Assembly (NCBI GenBank): GCA_026005175.1 | Contig: BPKO01000013.1 | Coordinates: 7,430-71,429 of the forward strand | Origin: Candidatus Tectimicrobiota bacterium | GTDB taxonomy: Bacteria > Tectomicrobia > Entotheonellia > Entotheonellales > Entotheonellaceae | Reading direction: 5' to 3' | DNA length: 64,000 bases | Made by a program: the position numbers and the translations under genes | The notes under the pieces: generated by a model | Told to the model about the DNA's origin: nothing | The model's database searches: none | What the model saw: only the letters and a program-made list of their open reading frames with translations | Shown here: in pieces, positions 1 through 11,273 of the stretch | Layout: every line of letters begins with the position of its first letter | How positions within the stretch are numbered: position 1 is the stretch's first letter

Positions 1-1057
1 CCAGGGAAATGCCCGAGCCGTTGACGTTGAGGCGGTCGAAGTGCTCCAGCTTCCACTCCCGCACCACGGCCAGCACCTGGGCGGCAAAGGCCTCGTTGAG
101 CTCGATGAGGTCGATGTCTTCAAGGCTCAGGCCGGTGCGGGCCAGCAGCTTGTTCACCGCCGGCACCGGGCCGATGCCCATGTAGGCCGGGTGCACCCCG
201 GCCACCGCCCAGGCCTTGAGGTAAGCCAGGGGCTTGAGCCCCAGCTCGGCCAGCTTGTCGGCCGCCACCACCAGGCACACGGCGGCGGCATCGTTTTGCG
301 AGCTGGCGTTGCCGGCGGTCACCGTGCCCTCGGGCATGATGGGCTTGAGCTTGGCCAGCGCTTCCAGGGAGGTGTCCTTGCGCGGCCCTTCGTCAACGGC
401 AAAGAGGCGGGGCTCGCCGCGGCGCTGCGGCACCGGCACCGGCACGATTTCCTCGGCGAACTTGCCGCTTTCGATGGCCGCCACCGCCCGCTGGTGGCTC
501 ATCAGGGCGTAGGCGTCCTGCTCCTGGCGCGAGATGTGGTACTGCTTGGCCAGGTTTTCTGCCGTCTCGATCATCCCCGAAATAAAGCCAAAGCGCTCCT
601 CCGGCGACACGGTGGCGCGGGCGCGCGTCAGGCGGTCGTGCAGGGTCACCGAGCCCAGGCGGCTGCCCCAGCGCATTTCGGTGGTGTAGAACTCCACCCG
701 GCTCATGTTTTCCACGCCGCCGGCCAGCACCACGTCGGCGTTGCCGGTCTGGATCATCATGGCGGCGTTGAGGATGGCCTGCAGCCCCGAGGCGCAGCGG
801 CGGTCGAGCTGGTAGCCAGGCACCTCGATGGGCAAGCCGGCCTTGAGGGCGCACAGGCGGCCCACCGCCGGCTCTTCGCCGCTCGGGTAGCCGTGGCCGA
901 GGATGACGTCGTCGATTTTGTAGGGGTCGAGGCCGGTTTTTTCCAGCACGGCTTTGATCACCGTGGCGCCAAGGTCAGCGGCGGGAACGTCTTTGAGCGA
1001 GCCGCCAAAACTGCCGACGGCGGTGCGCAGGGCGCAAGCAATGGCTACCTCTCTCAC
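1..1057 (-). CDS. acetyl-CoA C-acetyltransferase (thiolase); 3' end runs off the window
   Basis: Own minus-strand translation from GTG at 1057 (SD GAGAAGGAG upstream): VREVAIACALRTAVGSFGGSLKDV...YQLDRRCASGLQAI...GNASSQNDAAA...NVNGSGISLG. The catalytic-Cys region and C-terminal motifs are typical of thiolases. It is absent from the ORF track because of the GTG start and the truncation. Confidence 0.9.
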   Translation of the reverse strand, partial: MREVAIACALRTAVGSFGGSLKDVPAADLGATVIKAVLEKTGLDPYKIDDVILGHGYPSGEEPAVGRLCALKAGLPIEVPGYQLDRRCASGLQAILNAAMMIQTGNADVVLAGGVENMSRVEFYTTEMRWGSRLGSVTLHDRLTRARATVSPEERFGFISGMIETAENLAKQYHISRQEQDAYALMSHQRAVAAIESGKFAEEIVPVPVPQRRGEPRLFAVDEGPRKDTSLEALAKLKPIMPEGTVTAGNASSQNDAAAVCLVVAADKLAELGLKPLAYLKAWAVAGVHPAYMGIGPVPAVNKLLARTGLSLEDIDLIELNEAFAAQVLAVVREWKLEHFDRLNVNGSGISL

Positions 1058-1126
1058 GGGTCGCTCCTTCTCGTTGCCTTACGGCAGTGGGGTCTGCGGG
1101 CAGCATACGCTGCCGGCGCCGGGGTG

Positions 1127-1864
1127 TCAAGCCGGCGCCGCAGAACCGTTGTCTCTTGCGGCGCGGCGCTCGGCCCAGCGCAGCACCAGAATGCTCACCT
1201 CGTAGAGCCCCAGCACCGGCACCAACAGGATGCTCATGGTAAAGGCATCGGGCGTGGGGGTGAGAATGGCGGTGGCAATTGCCCCCAGGAGCACGGCGTA
1301 GCGCCGGTGGCGGGCGAGAAAGGCGGCGCTGAGCAGCCCCAGGCGCTGCAGCACCAAAGCCAGCAGCGGCAGCTCGAAGAGGGCACCGCAGGCCGCCGCC
1401 AGGCCCAGGACGAGCGACAGGTACTTGCGCACCGAGATGCCCGGGGCAATGCGGCCGCCGCCGTAGCCCAGCAAGAAGCGCAGGGTGACGGGGAGAATGA
1501 CCCCGTAGCAAAAAGCCACCCCCAGCAGGAAGAGGCCGCCGGCAGCGGCGGTGCCGCCCAGGGCGGCGCGGGGCGGCAGGCCGCAGACGCCGCGCAGGAA
1601 GCGATGGACCTCGTAAAGGAGCAGGGGGGAGGTGAGCAGGAAGCCGGCGGCCAGCGACACGGTGATGTATGCAAGAAAGCCCTCCAGAGGCGCGTACATC
1701 ACCAGCGTGGCGCCCAGGGGCTGCTTGAGCAGGTGCAGCAGGCGCGGGGCAAAGGGGTACGCGAGCAGGGTGCTGCCCAGCAGCACCAGCACCAGGCGCC
1801 CCAGGGTGCGGCGCAGGCGCTCGACGTGCCCCAGCAAGCCGGTGGTGAGCAGGCTCGGTTCCAT
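1127..1864 (-). CDS. tatC: twin-arginine translocase subunit TatC
   Basis: 245 aa polytopic membrane protein with TatC-like layout and motifs (LLKQPL..., AILTPTPDAFTM). Confidence 0.85.
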   Translation of the reverse strand: MEPSLLTTGLLGHVERLRRTLGRLVLVLLGSTLLAYPFAPRLLHLLKQPLGATLVMYAPLEGFLAYITVSLAAGFLLTSPLLLYEVHRFLRGVCGLPPRAALGGTAAAGGLFLLGVAFCYGVILPVTLRFLLGYGGGRIAPGISVRKYLSLVLGLAAACGALFELPLLALVLQRLGLLSAAFLARHRRYAVLLGAIATAILTPTPDAFTMSILLVPVLGLYEVSILVLRWAERRAARDNGSAAPA

Positions 1865-1873
1865 AGCGCCACC

Positions 1874-3926
1874 CTAGCGCGACGCCTCCTGCAAGAGCAG
1901 GTTGCCGCTGGCGTCCACCCGGCAGAGCTGGCCGGGGTAGACCACGGTGGTGGTGTCGGGCTGCTCGATGATCGCCGGGCCGCGCAGCACCGCCCCCTGG
2001 GGCAAGCGGCTGCGCTCGTAAACCGGCGTGTCGCGGTAGTCCTGGTACTCGTCGAAGTAAGCGGCACGGCTGCCCTTGCGCGCCGCCTCCAGGCTGCCGT
2101 GGCCGGGCGCCAGGCGCAGCTGGGGCTGCGGCAGCGGCGCGCGGTGCACGCTGCGCAGGTTGACGAACTCCACGGCGTGCTCGGGCCGGCTGAAGCCATA
2201 CACCTGCTGGTGCAGGGCGTGGAACGCCGCCACCGCCTGCCGCAGCGCGGCAGCGTCGAGCGCTAGCGGCAAGGGGACCTCCAGCTCGTACGACTGCCCC
2301 ACGTAGCGCATGTCGGCAAAGTGTGCCACCTGCACCGCCTCCAGGGGCACGCGGTCGCGCCGCATCTTTTCCTGCCCCAGGGCGTCCAGCTCGGCAAAGC
2401 GCCGCGCCAGCTCGGCGACCTCGGCTTCCTCGGCGTTTACCGCGTAGGTGCGGCTCTGGTCGTGCTCGATGCTGGCCACTAGCAAGCCAAACGCCGAGAG
2501 CACCCCCGGCGCCGGCGGCACGATGGCCACGGGCATGGCCAGCATGCGGGCCAGGCGGCCGCCGTGCACCGGGCCGGCGCCGCCCAGCAAGAGCAGCGCA
2601 AACTGCCGCGGGTCGTAGCCGCGGCGCACCGAGACAAGGCGCATCTCGTCGGCCATGCGGGCGTTGATGATGCGGTGGATGCCAGCGGCCAGGGCCACCG
2701 GCGTCAGCTGCAAGCGGGAGGCCAGGCACGCCAGGGCTTCCTGCGCCGCGTCGACGTCCAGCCGCAGCTGGCCGCCGGCAAAGTACTCGGGGTTGAGATA
2801 GCCAAGCACCACACTGGCATCGGTCACCGTGGGCGCTTCGCCGCCGCGGCCGTAGCAGGCCGGACCAGGAACGGCGCCGGCACTTTGCGGTCCCACGCGC
2901 AGGGCCGCCGCTGCCGTCAAGCCAGGCGAGGCTGCCGCCGCCGGCGCCCACGGTGCTCACGTCGACCATGGGCAGGCGTAGCGGAAAGGGGCCGATGCGC
3001 CCCTCGCGCGACAGCAGCGCTTGCCCCTCGCGCACCAGGGCCACGTCGCAGCTGGTGCCGCCCATGTCCAGGGTCATAACATGGCCAAAGCCGGACTGCG
3101 CGGCGGCAAAGCGGCCGCCGATCACTCCCGAGGCCGGCCCGGAAAGCAGCATGGTCACCGGCCGCGCCGTCACCGTCTGCACCGTGGTGAGGCCGCCGCG
3201 CGACTGCATCACTTGCAGCTGCGCTGCCATCCCCAGCGCCTGCAAAGTGGCGGCCAGGCGCTCGAGGTAGGCGGCAACGATGGGGCGCACGTAAGCGTCA
3301 AAAGCGGTAACGCAGGCGCGCTCGTACTCGCGAAACACCGGGTCGACTTCGCATGACAGCGACACCGCCAGCTCGGGGAAGTGCTGCTGCAGCAGGGCGC
3401 GGGTGCGCTGCTCGTGAACCGGGTTGAGGAAAGAAAAGAGGTAGCAGACCGCTACCGCCTCGATGCCGTACTGCTGCCGCAGCGCCGCCACCTCTGCCAC
3501 CACCTGCGCCTCGTCGAGGGGCTCGAGCACCTGCCCCTGGGCGTCGAGCCGCTCGCGGATGCCCACGCGCAGCGGGCGCGGGGCAAGAAAGACCGGGGTC
3601 TGCGCGTCAAGGAAGAGGTCGTACATGTCGCCGCGCTTCTGGCGGCCAATCTCCAGCACGTCCTCAAAGCCGGCGGTCATCAGCAGCGCCATCTTTGCCC
3701 CTTTGCGCTCCAAAATGGCGTTGGTGGCCACCGTGGTGCTGTGGATGAAGCGCTCTACCGCCGGTGGTGGCTGCCCGGCCAGTGCCAGCACTTGCTGCAC
3801 GCCGCGCCGCACGCCCTCGACCAGGTCGTGCGGGGTGGTGGGCACTTTGGTGAAAAAGAGCTGCTCGTCGTGCAAGCAGACCACGTCGGTAAAGGTGCCG
3901 CCGATGTCGACCGCGATTTCGAGCAT
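1874..3926 (-). pseudogene. hydantoinase/oxoprolinase A-family (HyuA-like), one frameshift
   Basis: N-terminal part MLEIAVDIGGTFTDVV...TLDMGGTSCDVALV...STVGAGGGSLAWLDGSGG lies in the frame of ORF 975..4883. The C-terminal part LRVGPQSAGAVPGPACYGRGG... is in ORF 1874..2920. The frames switch at the GGG/CCC run near 2901-2906. The ATG at 3926 was fixed from the DNA. Confidence 0.85.
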
Positions 3927-4034
3927 GAAGCGAGCCTCCGCTGCCTGGGGACGAGCCCATTGTACCACGGACTGGATCTGGCCGCAGGGGGCTGCTATGA
4001 TGGGAAAGCCCTCGCGACAAGGAGACGACGAGCG

Positions 4035-5267
4035 ATGGACTTCGAAGTGACCTATACCCCGGAGCAGGAGGCCTTTCGGGCCGAGGTGCGCGCCTGGCTG
4101 GCGGCCAACGTGCCTCCGGATCTGGAAGAGCCGGTGGACCCGGCACACCTCTCCTACGAGCAGTACGGCAAGCGGCGCGAGCTGGGGCGCAAGCTGGGCG
4201 CCAAGGGCTGGCTTTATCCCACCTATCCCCCCGAGTATGGTGGCGGCGGCCTGAGCGTAGACTTTGCCCTGATTCTGGAAGAGGAGCTCGACCGCTACGG
4301 CCTGCACTTGCCACCCTACTACGACTCGGGCGGCCGCCTGGGCGCTGCCAGCATCCTGGTGTGGGGCAGCGAGGAACAAAAGCGCTACTTCCTGCCGCCC
4401 ATGCTCACCGGGCAGTGGCGCACCTGGCAGCTGCTGAGCGAGCCGGGCGCCGGCTCCGACCTGGCGGCGGTGCAGACGCGCGCGGTGCGCGACGGCGACC
4501 ACTACGTCATCAATGGCCAGAAGATCTTCATCGGCAGCCTGCACGGCTGCGAGATGATGTGGACCTTGGTGGTCACCGACCCTGAGGCGCCGCGCCACCA
4601 CAACCTGAGCTGGTTCATGATTCCTGCTGACTTGCCCGGCATCGAGGTGCGCCCCATGGAGCTGCTTACCGCCGGCGGCGAAGGCGGCGCCTCGCCGGGG
4701 CTCAAGCACACGGTTTTTTTTGACAACGTGCGCGTGCCGGCGTTTCACCTCATCGGCGGCGAAAACAACGGCTGGAAGGTGGCCACCACCCACCTGGAGC
4801 TGGAGCACGGCGGCGGGGGCCTCATTCGCCGCCACCGGGTGGCGGAGCGCTTCCTCGAGTACTGCCTGACCACCAAGCGCCACGGCGTGCCCCTGAGCCA
4901 GGATCCCGACGTGCGCGACGACATGGTGGAGGTCTACATCAAAAAAGAAATCGTGCGCCTGCTGGGGCTGCGCACCTACTGGCTAAGCCATGCCAATCGG
5001 CCGCGCTCTTACGAAGGGCCGCAGCTGTCCTACTGCCGCAAGGTGACCAACCTGGAGATTGCCGAGATCATCCTGCGCGCCCTGGGCCCCTACACCCTCA
5101 CCACCGACCCGGCCTGGGCGCCGCTGGCCGGCCTGCTCGAGCACTTCCAGCGCGCCGCGGTGGTGGGCCTGCACCCCGGGGGCACCACCGACATCCAGAA
5201 AGTGGTCATGGCGCGCCGCCTGGGCATCGGCCGCACGGTGCGCGAAGAGGCCGGGCGCCTGCGCTGA
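4035..5267 (+). CDS. acyl-CoA dehydrogenase family protein
   Basis: MDFEVTYTPEQEAFRAEVRAWL...SEPGAGSDLAAVQTRAVRDGDHYVINGQKIF. The ATG at 4035 follows GGAGACGACGAG. The upstream part of ORF 3381..5267 is antisense to hyuA. Confidence 0.9.
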   Translation: MDFEVTYTPEQEAFRAEVRAWLAANVPPDLEEPVDPAHLSYEQYGKRRELGRKLGAKGWLYPTYPPEYGGGGLSVDFALILEEELDRYGLHLPPYYDSGGRLGAASILVWGSEEQKRYFLPPMLTGQWRTWQLLSEPGAGSDLAAVQTRAVRDGDHYVINGQKIFIGSLHGCEMMWTLVVTDPEAPRHHNLSWFMIPADLPGIEVRPMELLTAGGEGGASPGLKHTVFFDNVRVPAFHLIGGENNGWKVATTHLELEHGGGGLIRRHRVAERFLEYCLTTKRHGVPLSQDPDVRDDMVEVYIKKEIVRLLGLRTYWLSHANRPRSYEGPQLSYCRKVTNLEIAEIILRALGPYTLTTDPAWAPLAGLLEHFQRAAVVGLHPGGTTDIQKVVMARRLGIGRTVREEAGRLR

Positions 5268-5279
5268 GGAGCTGCGGAG

Positions 5280-6407
5280 ATGGACCTCTCGCTCAGCGAT
5301 GCACAGGAGCTCCTCAAGGCCAGCGTGGCCCACTTCGTGCAGCAGGAGTGCCCCAAAGAGGTGCTGCTGGCGCTGGAAATGACCCCTACCGGCACCACGC
5401 CGCAGCTCATGCGCAAGATGGCAGAGCTGGGCTGGCTGGGCATCCTCATTCCGGAAGCCTACGGCGGCGCCGGGCGCTCGTTCACCGATGCTGCGGTGCT
5501 CTTTGAGGAGCTGGGCAAGGGGCCGGTGTGCGGGCCGTACTTTACCTCCAGCGTGCTGGGGGCGCTGCTCGTCCTGCACGGCGGCAGCGAGGAACAAAAG
5601 CGCGCCCTCTTGCCGCAGGTGGCGCGCGGCACCTGCGTGTTGGGGGTGGCGGTCACCGAGGCCGACTACGGCTGGCAGCCCCAGGCGGTGCAGCTGCGCG
5701 CCCACCGCCAGGGCGACCACTACCGGCTCAGCGGCGTCAAGCTCTTCGTGCACGACGCCCAGGCTGCCACCCACTTGCTGTGCGCCGTGCGCACTGGCGA
5801 CGACCCCCGCGGGGGCATCACGCTGCTCGTCGTGGAAGTCCCCACCGCGGGCCTCACGGTGCGCTCCTTGCCCGGTTGGATGGGCCAGGTGGACGAGGTG
5901 CGCTTCGAGCAGGTGCAGGTGCCGGCCACAGCGGTGCTGGGAGGCGTCGAGGGCCGCGGCTGGGACGTTCTGGAAGCGGCGGCGCTGCAGGCCATCCCCA
6001 TCCTCTGCGCTTACAAAGTCGGCTCCTGCCAGGCGGTGGTGGACATGGCCCTGGCTTACAGCCGCACCCGCGTGCAGTTCGGCCAGCCCATCGGCCGCTT
6101 CCAGCGGGTGCAGGACCACATCATCGCCATGGTCAACCACCTCGATGCGGCGCGCTGGACCACGTACGAGGCGCTGTGGAAGCTCGACAGCGGGCGGCCG
6201 GCAGCGGCCAGCGTGCACCTGGCAAAAGCCGTGACCAGCGAAGCGTACGTTAAAGTGTGCGACGGCGCCCACGAGGTGCACGCCGGGGTAGGGGTGATGC
6301 GCGAGTACGGCCTGACGCTGCACACGCAGCGCTCGCGTGCCCTTTACCACCTGCTGGGCGATCCCCGCACCCACCGCCGCCGCCTTGCCGACGCCCTGGG
6401 CTGGTAG
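5280..6407 (+). CDS. acyl-CoA dehydrogenase family protein
   Basis: 375 aa with ACAD-like N-, middle and C-terminal regions (GWLGILIPEAYGGAG..., FGQPIGRFQRVQDHI). SD GAGGAG upstream. Confidence 0.9.
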   Translation: MDLSLSDAQELLKASVAHFVQQECPKEVLLALEMTPTGTTPQLMRKMAELGWLGILIPEAYGGAGRSFTDAAVLFEELGKGPVCGPYFTSSVLGALLVLHGGSEEQKRALLPQVARGTCVLGVAVTEADYGWQPQAVQLRAHRQGDHYRLSGVKLFVHDAQAATHLLCAVRTGDDPRGGITLLVVEVPTAGLTVRSLPGWMGQVDEVRFEQVQVPATAVLGGVEGRGWDVLEAAALQAIPILCAYKVGSCQAVVDMALAYSRTRVQFGQPIGRFQRVQDHIIAMVNHLDAARWTTYEALWKLDSGRPAAASVHLAKAVTSEAYVKVCDGAHEVHAGVGVMREYGLTLHTQRSRALYHLLGDPRTHRRRLADALGW

Positions 6408-6418
6408 GAGGTCTCGCC

Positions 6419-7643
6419 GTGGTGGCAGCGCTTGCAGGGGTAAGGGTGCTGGACCTGAGCGGCGAGGCGGGGCAGTTCTGCGGCAAGCTGCTGGCCGAGC
6501 TGGGGGCCGACGTCATCAAGGTGGAGCCGCCCTGGGGCGACGAGGTGCGCTTCCTGGGGCCGTTTTACGAGGACGTGGAGGCCCCTCGACCGCAGCCTCT
6601 ACTGGCATGCCCTCAACACCAGCAAGCGCGCCATCACCCTCAACCTGGAGCGGCCTGCTGGCCGCGCCTTGCTGCAGCGCCTCCTGGCTACCACCGACAT
6701 CGTGCTGGAGAGCTTCCCTCCCGGCACCCTAGAGGGCTGGGGGCTGGACTTTGCGGCGCTGCACCGGCAGTATCCCGGCCTTATCCTTACCTCCATTACT
6801 CCCTTTGGCCAGAGCGGCCCCTACCGCCACCTGCGCGCCACCGAGCTGGAAGTGCTGGCCCTGGGCGGCTTTCTTGCCGTGTGCGGCGATCCTGACCGGC
6901 CGCCACTGCGTATCAGCGCGCCGCAGGCCAACCTCTTTGCCAGCGTCTGCGCGTTCAGCGGCACCCTGCTCGCCTACTACCACCGCCTGCGCAGCGGCCA
7001 GGGGCAGCAAGTCGACGTTTCCATGCAGGAGTGCGTCACCCACCTCCACTACGCGCAGCTGCTGTGGAATACGTACGGCATGGTGCCGCGGCGCCTGGGC
7101 ACCACGCTCATCTTTGGCGGCGTCGCCATCCCCATCCTCTTTCCTTGCCGTGACGGCTACGTGCAGGCCATTCCCTGCCTGAGCTGGGACACCTTCGTGC
7201 CCTGGATGGCCGAGCACGGCCTTGCCGGCGACTTGCTCAGCGAGGCGTGGCAGGCGCGCTTGCAGACCCTGGCCACCGAATGGACGCAGGAGGAAGTGGA
7301 CCATGCCCACCAGGTGGTGGCCAACTTTCTGGCCCACTTCCGCAAGCAGGAGCTCTACGAAGAGGCGATGCGGCGGCGGCAGCTGCTCTACCCGGTGCAG
7401 ACGGTGCGCGACTGCCTCGCCGACCGCCAGCTGCAGGCCAGAGAGTACTTCGTGTCGCTGCCGTGCCCGGCCCTGGGCACCACCCTCACCTATCCCGGGG
7501 CGCCGTTTCGCCTCTCCGCCACCCCCTGGCGCCTGCGCAGCCCGGCGCCGCGCCTGGGGGAGCACAACGACGCCATTTACGGCGAAGAGCTGGGGCTGTC
7601 GGCGGCAGAGCGTGCCGCCTTGCAGCAAGAAGGGGTGATCTGA
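6419..7643 (+). pseudogene. family III (CaiB/BaiF) CoA-transferase, one frameshift
   Basis: ALAGVRVLDLSGEAGQFCGKLLAELGADVIKVEPP (frame of ORF 6257..6895) continues as DRSLYWHALNTSKRAITLNLERPAGRALLQRLL (frame of ORF 6669..7643). The shift is at CCCC 6582-6585. GTG 6419 follows TAGGAGG. Confidence 0.85.
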
Positions 7644-8851
7644 TGGCGGGCGTCCTGAGCGGCATTCGCGTGGTGGACTTCACCTGGGTATGGGCTGGGC
7701 CTATCATCGGGCGGTACTTGGCCGACTACGGCGCGGAAGTGATCAAAGTGGAGAGCGCCACCCGCCTCGACCTGGCGCGCCAGCTCATTTACAAAGACGG
7801 CGTGGCCGACCCCGATATGGCGGTGGCCTACACCAACTTCAATGCCGGCAAGAAGAGCCTGCTGCTCAACATGGCCACTTCCGAAGGCATCGAGCTGGCC
7901 AAGCGCCTCATTGCGGTGAGCGACGTGGTGCTGGAAAGCATGACCCCCAAAGTCATGCGCCAGTGGGGCCTCACCTACGAGGCGCTGCGGCGCCTCAAGC
8001 CCGACCTCATCATGCTCAGCTCTTGCATGCAGGGGCAGACGGGACCCTACTGCCTGTCGCCGGGCAACGGTGGCATTCTCCCCGCCCTTTCCGGCATCAG
8101 CGAGCTTACCGGCTGGCCCGACCGCGGCCCCACCGGGCAGGGCGGCCCCTACACCGACTTTCTGGCCGGCGCCATGGGGGCAGCCGCGGTGCTGGTGGCG
8201 CTGGTGCACCGCCAGCGCACCGGCGAGGGGCAGTACATCGACCTGTCGCAGAACGAAAGCGCCATGCACTTCATCACCACCGCCTTCCTCGACTACAGCG
8301 CCAACGGCCGCGTCGCCACGCGCATGGGCAACCGCCGTCCGGGCTTTGCCCCGCATGGGGTTTACCGCTGCCAGGGCGAAGAGGCCTGGTGCACCATCGC
8401 CGTGCGCAGCGAGGCGGAGTGGCAAGCGCTGTGCGCCGCCATGGGCCACCCGGCCTGGACGCGGGAGGCACGCTTTGCGACGCGCGCCGCGCGCGAGGCC
8501 AACCAGGACGCCCTTGATGCCCTGATCACGGCATGGACGGCGCAGCTGCCGGCATCGGAAGTGATGGCGCGCTTGCAGCGCGCCGGGGTGCCGGCGGCGG
8601 TGGTGCACGATGCAGCCAGCCTCGCCCACGACCCGCAGCTGGCGCACCGCGGCCACTACGCGCGCCTGCCGCACCCGCGGCTCGGCGAGCATGTCATCGA
8701 CAACTACGGCTTTCGCCTCAGCGCCACCCCAGGCGGGGTGCAGGGCCCGGCGCCGCTGCTGGGGCAGCACACCGAAGAGATCCTGGGCGGATTGCTGGGC
8801 CTGTCGTCACAGGAGATCGCCCGCTTGCGAGCGGCGGGCGTGGTGGCGTGA
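7643..8851 (+). CDS. family III (CaiB/BaiF) CoA-transferase
   Basis: MAGVLSGIRVVDFTWVWAGPIIGRYLADYGAEVIKVES... The ATG overlaps the upstream stop (TGATG). Confidence 0.9.
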   Translation: MAGVLSGIRVVDFTWVWAGPIIGRYLADYGAEVIKVESATRLDLARQLIYKDGVADPDMAVAYTNFNAGKKSLLLNMATSEGIELAKRLIAVSDVVLESMTPKVMRQWGLTYEALRRLKPDLIMLSSCMQGQTGPYCLSPGNGGILPALSGISELTGWPDRGPTGQGGPYTDFLAGAMGAAAVLVALVHRQRTGEGQYIDLSQNESAMHFITTAFLDYSANGRVATRMGNRRPGFAPHGVYRCQGEEAWCTIAVRSEAEWQALCAAMGHPAWTREARFATRAAREANQDALDALITAWTAQLPASEVMARLQRAGVPAAVVHDAASLAHDPQLAHRGHYARLPHPRLGEHVIDNYGFRLSATPGGVQGPAPLLGQHTEEILGGLLGLSSQEIARLRAAGVVA

Positions 8852-10524
8852 TGCGCTTTTTGCCCTGGCGGCGCCTGCGCGGCCTCAAGCGCTACCGAGA
8901 AGTGGCGCAGGCGCTGGTCAAGTACGGCTACGTGGACGTCGTCGAAGCGCTGCGCCTGGACATGCCGCTGCGCTTCGGGCGGCGCCTGCTGGGGCGGCCC
9001 GAAGCGCCGCCGGTGAGCAAGCCGGTGCGCCTGCGCCTGCTGTGCGAGGAGCTGGGGCCAACGTTTATCAAGCTGGGACAGCTCCTCAGCACCCGCCCCG
9101 ACCTCTTGCCCCCCGAGTACTTGCGCGAGCTGGCCCGCTTGCAAGACCATGCCCCCAGCGAGGACTTTGCCGCCATCTGCGCCACCGTGCAGGAAGAGCT
9201 GGGGCGGCCGCTCACCGAGCTGTTTGCCAGCATCGACGCCGCGCCCCTGGCGGCGGCCTCTATTGCCCAGGTCCACCGCGCCACCTTGCCCGGCGGCGAG
9301 CGGGTGATCCTCAAAGTGCAGCGGCCTGGCATCCGCCAGGTGATTCAGGCCGACCTCGACCTCCTGCGGGATTTGGCGCGGCTGGCGGAGCGCTATCTTT
9401 CCGAGCTGCGCCCCTTGCAGCCCACCGGCCTGGTCGAGGAGTTTGCCCGCAGCATCGCCCAGGAGCTCGACTTCCGCCACGAGCTGCGCAACCTGCAGCG
9501 CTGCGCCCAGCTCTTTGCCGACGACCCCACGGTCTACGTCCCCAAGGCCTACCCCGAGCTGAGCACGGCGCGGGTGCTCACCATGGAGTACGTAGAGGGC
9601 ATCAAGATCACCGACCGCGAGGCCCTCTGCGCCGCTGGCCTCGACCCCCGTGCGGTGGCGGTCAACGGCGCCAATGCCCTGCTCAAGCAAGTCTTCGTGC
9701 ACGGCTTCTTCCAGGCCGATCCTCATCCCGGTAACCTGGTGGTGCGCAAAGACAACACCATTGCCATCCTCGACTACGGCATGTTCGGCACCATCGACGC
9801 CGAAACGCGCGAGCAGCTGGCTACCCTGCTGCTGGGCCTGGTGCAGCGTGATGTGGCCAAGATCCTGCGCGCCCTGGCCGGCCTGGAGGTGCTGTCGCCA
9901 GAGCTCAACCGCCGCCAGCTGCGGCGCGATCTCACCATGCTCGCCGACACTTACCTCACCGTGCCGCTAGAGCAGCTCGATCTGAGCACGCTGGTGGAAG
10001 AAGTAATGCAGGTGGTGCGGCGCCACGGCTTGCGGTTGCCTTCGGACTTCTACTTGCTGCTGCGCGCCCTGATTACCGCCGAGAGCCTGGGCCGCGAGCT
10101 CGATCCCTCTTTTTCCATCATGGAACACCTGCGCCCCTTTGCCGAGCGCCTGGTGATGGAGCGCTACGACCCCCGCTACCTGCTGCGCAAGCTCGGCCAC
10201 ACCGCCGAAGAAGCAGAGGAGCTGCTGCTGTTTCTGCCTGCCGCGGCGATGCAGATCCTCGACAAGCTGCGCCGCGGTGAACTGCACCTGGGGCTGGAGG
10301 TGCAGCAGCTCGACCGCCTCATGCGCGAGTTCGACACCGCCAGCAACCGCCTCACCCTGGCCATCATCCTGGCGGCGAGCATCATCGGCTCTTCTCTCAT
10401 CCTGCTTACCGAAATGCCGCCGCTGCTCTTTGGCTACCCGGCCCTGGGCCTCATCGGCTTTACCGTCGCCGGCGTGCTTGGCTTCGGACTGGTGATTGCC
10501 ATTTTGCGTTCGGGAGGCTTTTAG
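8851..10524 (+). CDS. ABC1/UbiB-family atypical kinase with C-terminal TM helices
   Basis: [45 protein letters not shown] and two C-terminal hydrophobic helices. The ATG overlaps the upstream stop (TGATG). Confidence 0.9.
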   Translation: MRFLPWRRLRGLKRYREVAQALVKYGYVDVVEALRLDMPLRFGRRLLGRPEAPPVSKPVRLRLLCEELGPTFIKLGQLLSTRPDLLPPEYLRELARLQDHAPSEDFAAICATVQEELGRPLTELFASIDAAPLAAASIAQVHRATLPGGERVILKVQRPGIRQVIQADLDLLRDLARLAERYLSELRPLQPTGLVEEFARSIAQELDFRHELRNLQRCAQLFADDPTVYVPKAYPELSTARVLTMEYVEGIKITDREALCAAGLDPRAVAVNGANALLKQVFVHGFFQADPHPGNLVVRKDNTIAILDYGMFGTIDAETREQLATLLLGLVQRDVAKILRALAGLEVLSPELNRRQLRRDLTMLADTYLTVPLEQLDLSTLVEEVMQVVRRHGLRLPSDFYLLLRALITAESLGRELDPSFSIMEHLRPFAERLVMERYDPRYLLRKLGHTAEEAEELLLFLPAAAMQILDKLRRGELHLGLEVQQLDRLMREFDTASNRLTLAIILAASIIGSSLILLTEMPPLLFGYPALGLIGFTVAGVLGFGLVIAILRSGGF

Positions 10525-11273
10525 TGGCGGTGCTGCTCCAGGGGCTCTTTGCCTTTTGGCTGCTCGCCCTGGTAGCCGCCAGGCCGGTGACCCTGGTGGT
10601 GTCGGCGGCATCGGACCTGGCGTTTGCCTTGCCAGAACTGGCGGCGCGCTTTACCCAGGAGAGCGGCGTGCAGGTGCTGTTCAACTTCGGCTCGACGGGA
10701 CAGCTGGCGCAGCAAATCGAGCGCGGCGCCCCCGTCGACCTCTTCCTGGCGGCCAACGCGGCGTTTGTGGAGCGTCTGGAGGCGCAGGGGCTGCTGCTGC
10801 CGGGCAGCCAGCGCCCTTATGCCATCGGCCGCCTGGTGTTGTGGACGCGTCCCGACAGCCCGCTGGTGCTTGCGGGCCTGGCGGACCTGCTAAAGCCGCA
10901 GGTGCGGCGCGTGGCCCTCGCCAACCCCGACCATGCCCCTTACGGCGTGGCGGCCAGGGAGGCATTGCAAGCGGCCGGCCTCTGGGAAGCGCTACAGGAC
11001 AAGCTCATCTTGGCCGAAAACGTGCGCCAGGCGTGGCAGTACGCCGCCACCGGCAACGTGGACGCGGCTCTTATCGCCTTGTCGCTGGTCGTGTCGCGGC
11101 CGGGGCGCTGGTGGCTGGTTCCCGAGCACCTCCACCGCCCTATCCTGCAAGTGCTGGCCATTCCCAAGGCGGCGCGCCACGTGCCGCAAGCGCAGCGCCT
11201 GGCTGCCTTCATCACCGGGCCGCAAGGGCAGGCAGTGCTGCGCCGCTACGGCTTTGGGATCCCTGCGCCATGA
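10524..11273 (+). CDS. modA: molybdate ABC transporter substrate-binding protein
   Basis: Signal-peptide-like N-terminus. ModA-like [26 protein letters not shown]...[10 protein letters not shown]. The GTG start overlaps the UbiB stop. Confidence 0.85.
   Translation: MAVLLQGLFAFWLLALVAARPVTLVVSAASDLAFALPELAARFTQESGVQVLFNFGSTGQLAQQIERGAPVDLFLAANAAFVERLEAQGLLLPGSQRPYAIGRLVLWTRPDSPLVLAGLADLLKPQVRRVALANPDHAPYGVAAREALQAAGLWEALQDKLILAENVRQAWQYAATGNVDAALIALSLVVSRPGRWWLVPEHLHRPILQVLAIPKAARHVPQAQRLAAFITGPQGQAVLRRYGFGIPAP

Noticed and set aside
41-2266. 741 aa plus-strand ORF.
   Set aside because: It is antisense to three recognisable minus-strand genes (thiolase, tatC, hyuA). Its sequence is Arg/Ala/Gly/His-rich and low in complexity, with no motif. 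It is a typical stop-poor antisense frame of GC-rich DNA.
975-4883. 1302 aa minus-strand ORF.
   Set aside because: It is a chimeric read-through. Only the segment from MLEIAVDIGG (ATG 3926) down to the frameshift near 2905 is real hyuA. The upstream part is antisense to the ACAD gene, and the downstream part is out of frame over hyuA and tatC.
7247-8851. N-terminal extensions of track ORFs. Examples are 7247, 8533, 10496, 16989, 39560, 53559, 45530..47089, 44716..46413 and 55730..56704.
   Set aside because: The family-typical sequence begins at an internal ATG or GTG with a good SD, often overlapping the upstream stop. The extension overlaps the previous gene in another frame.
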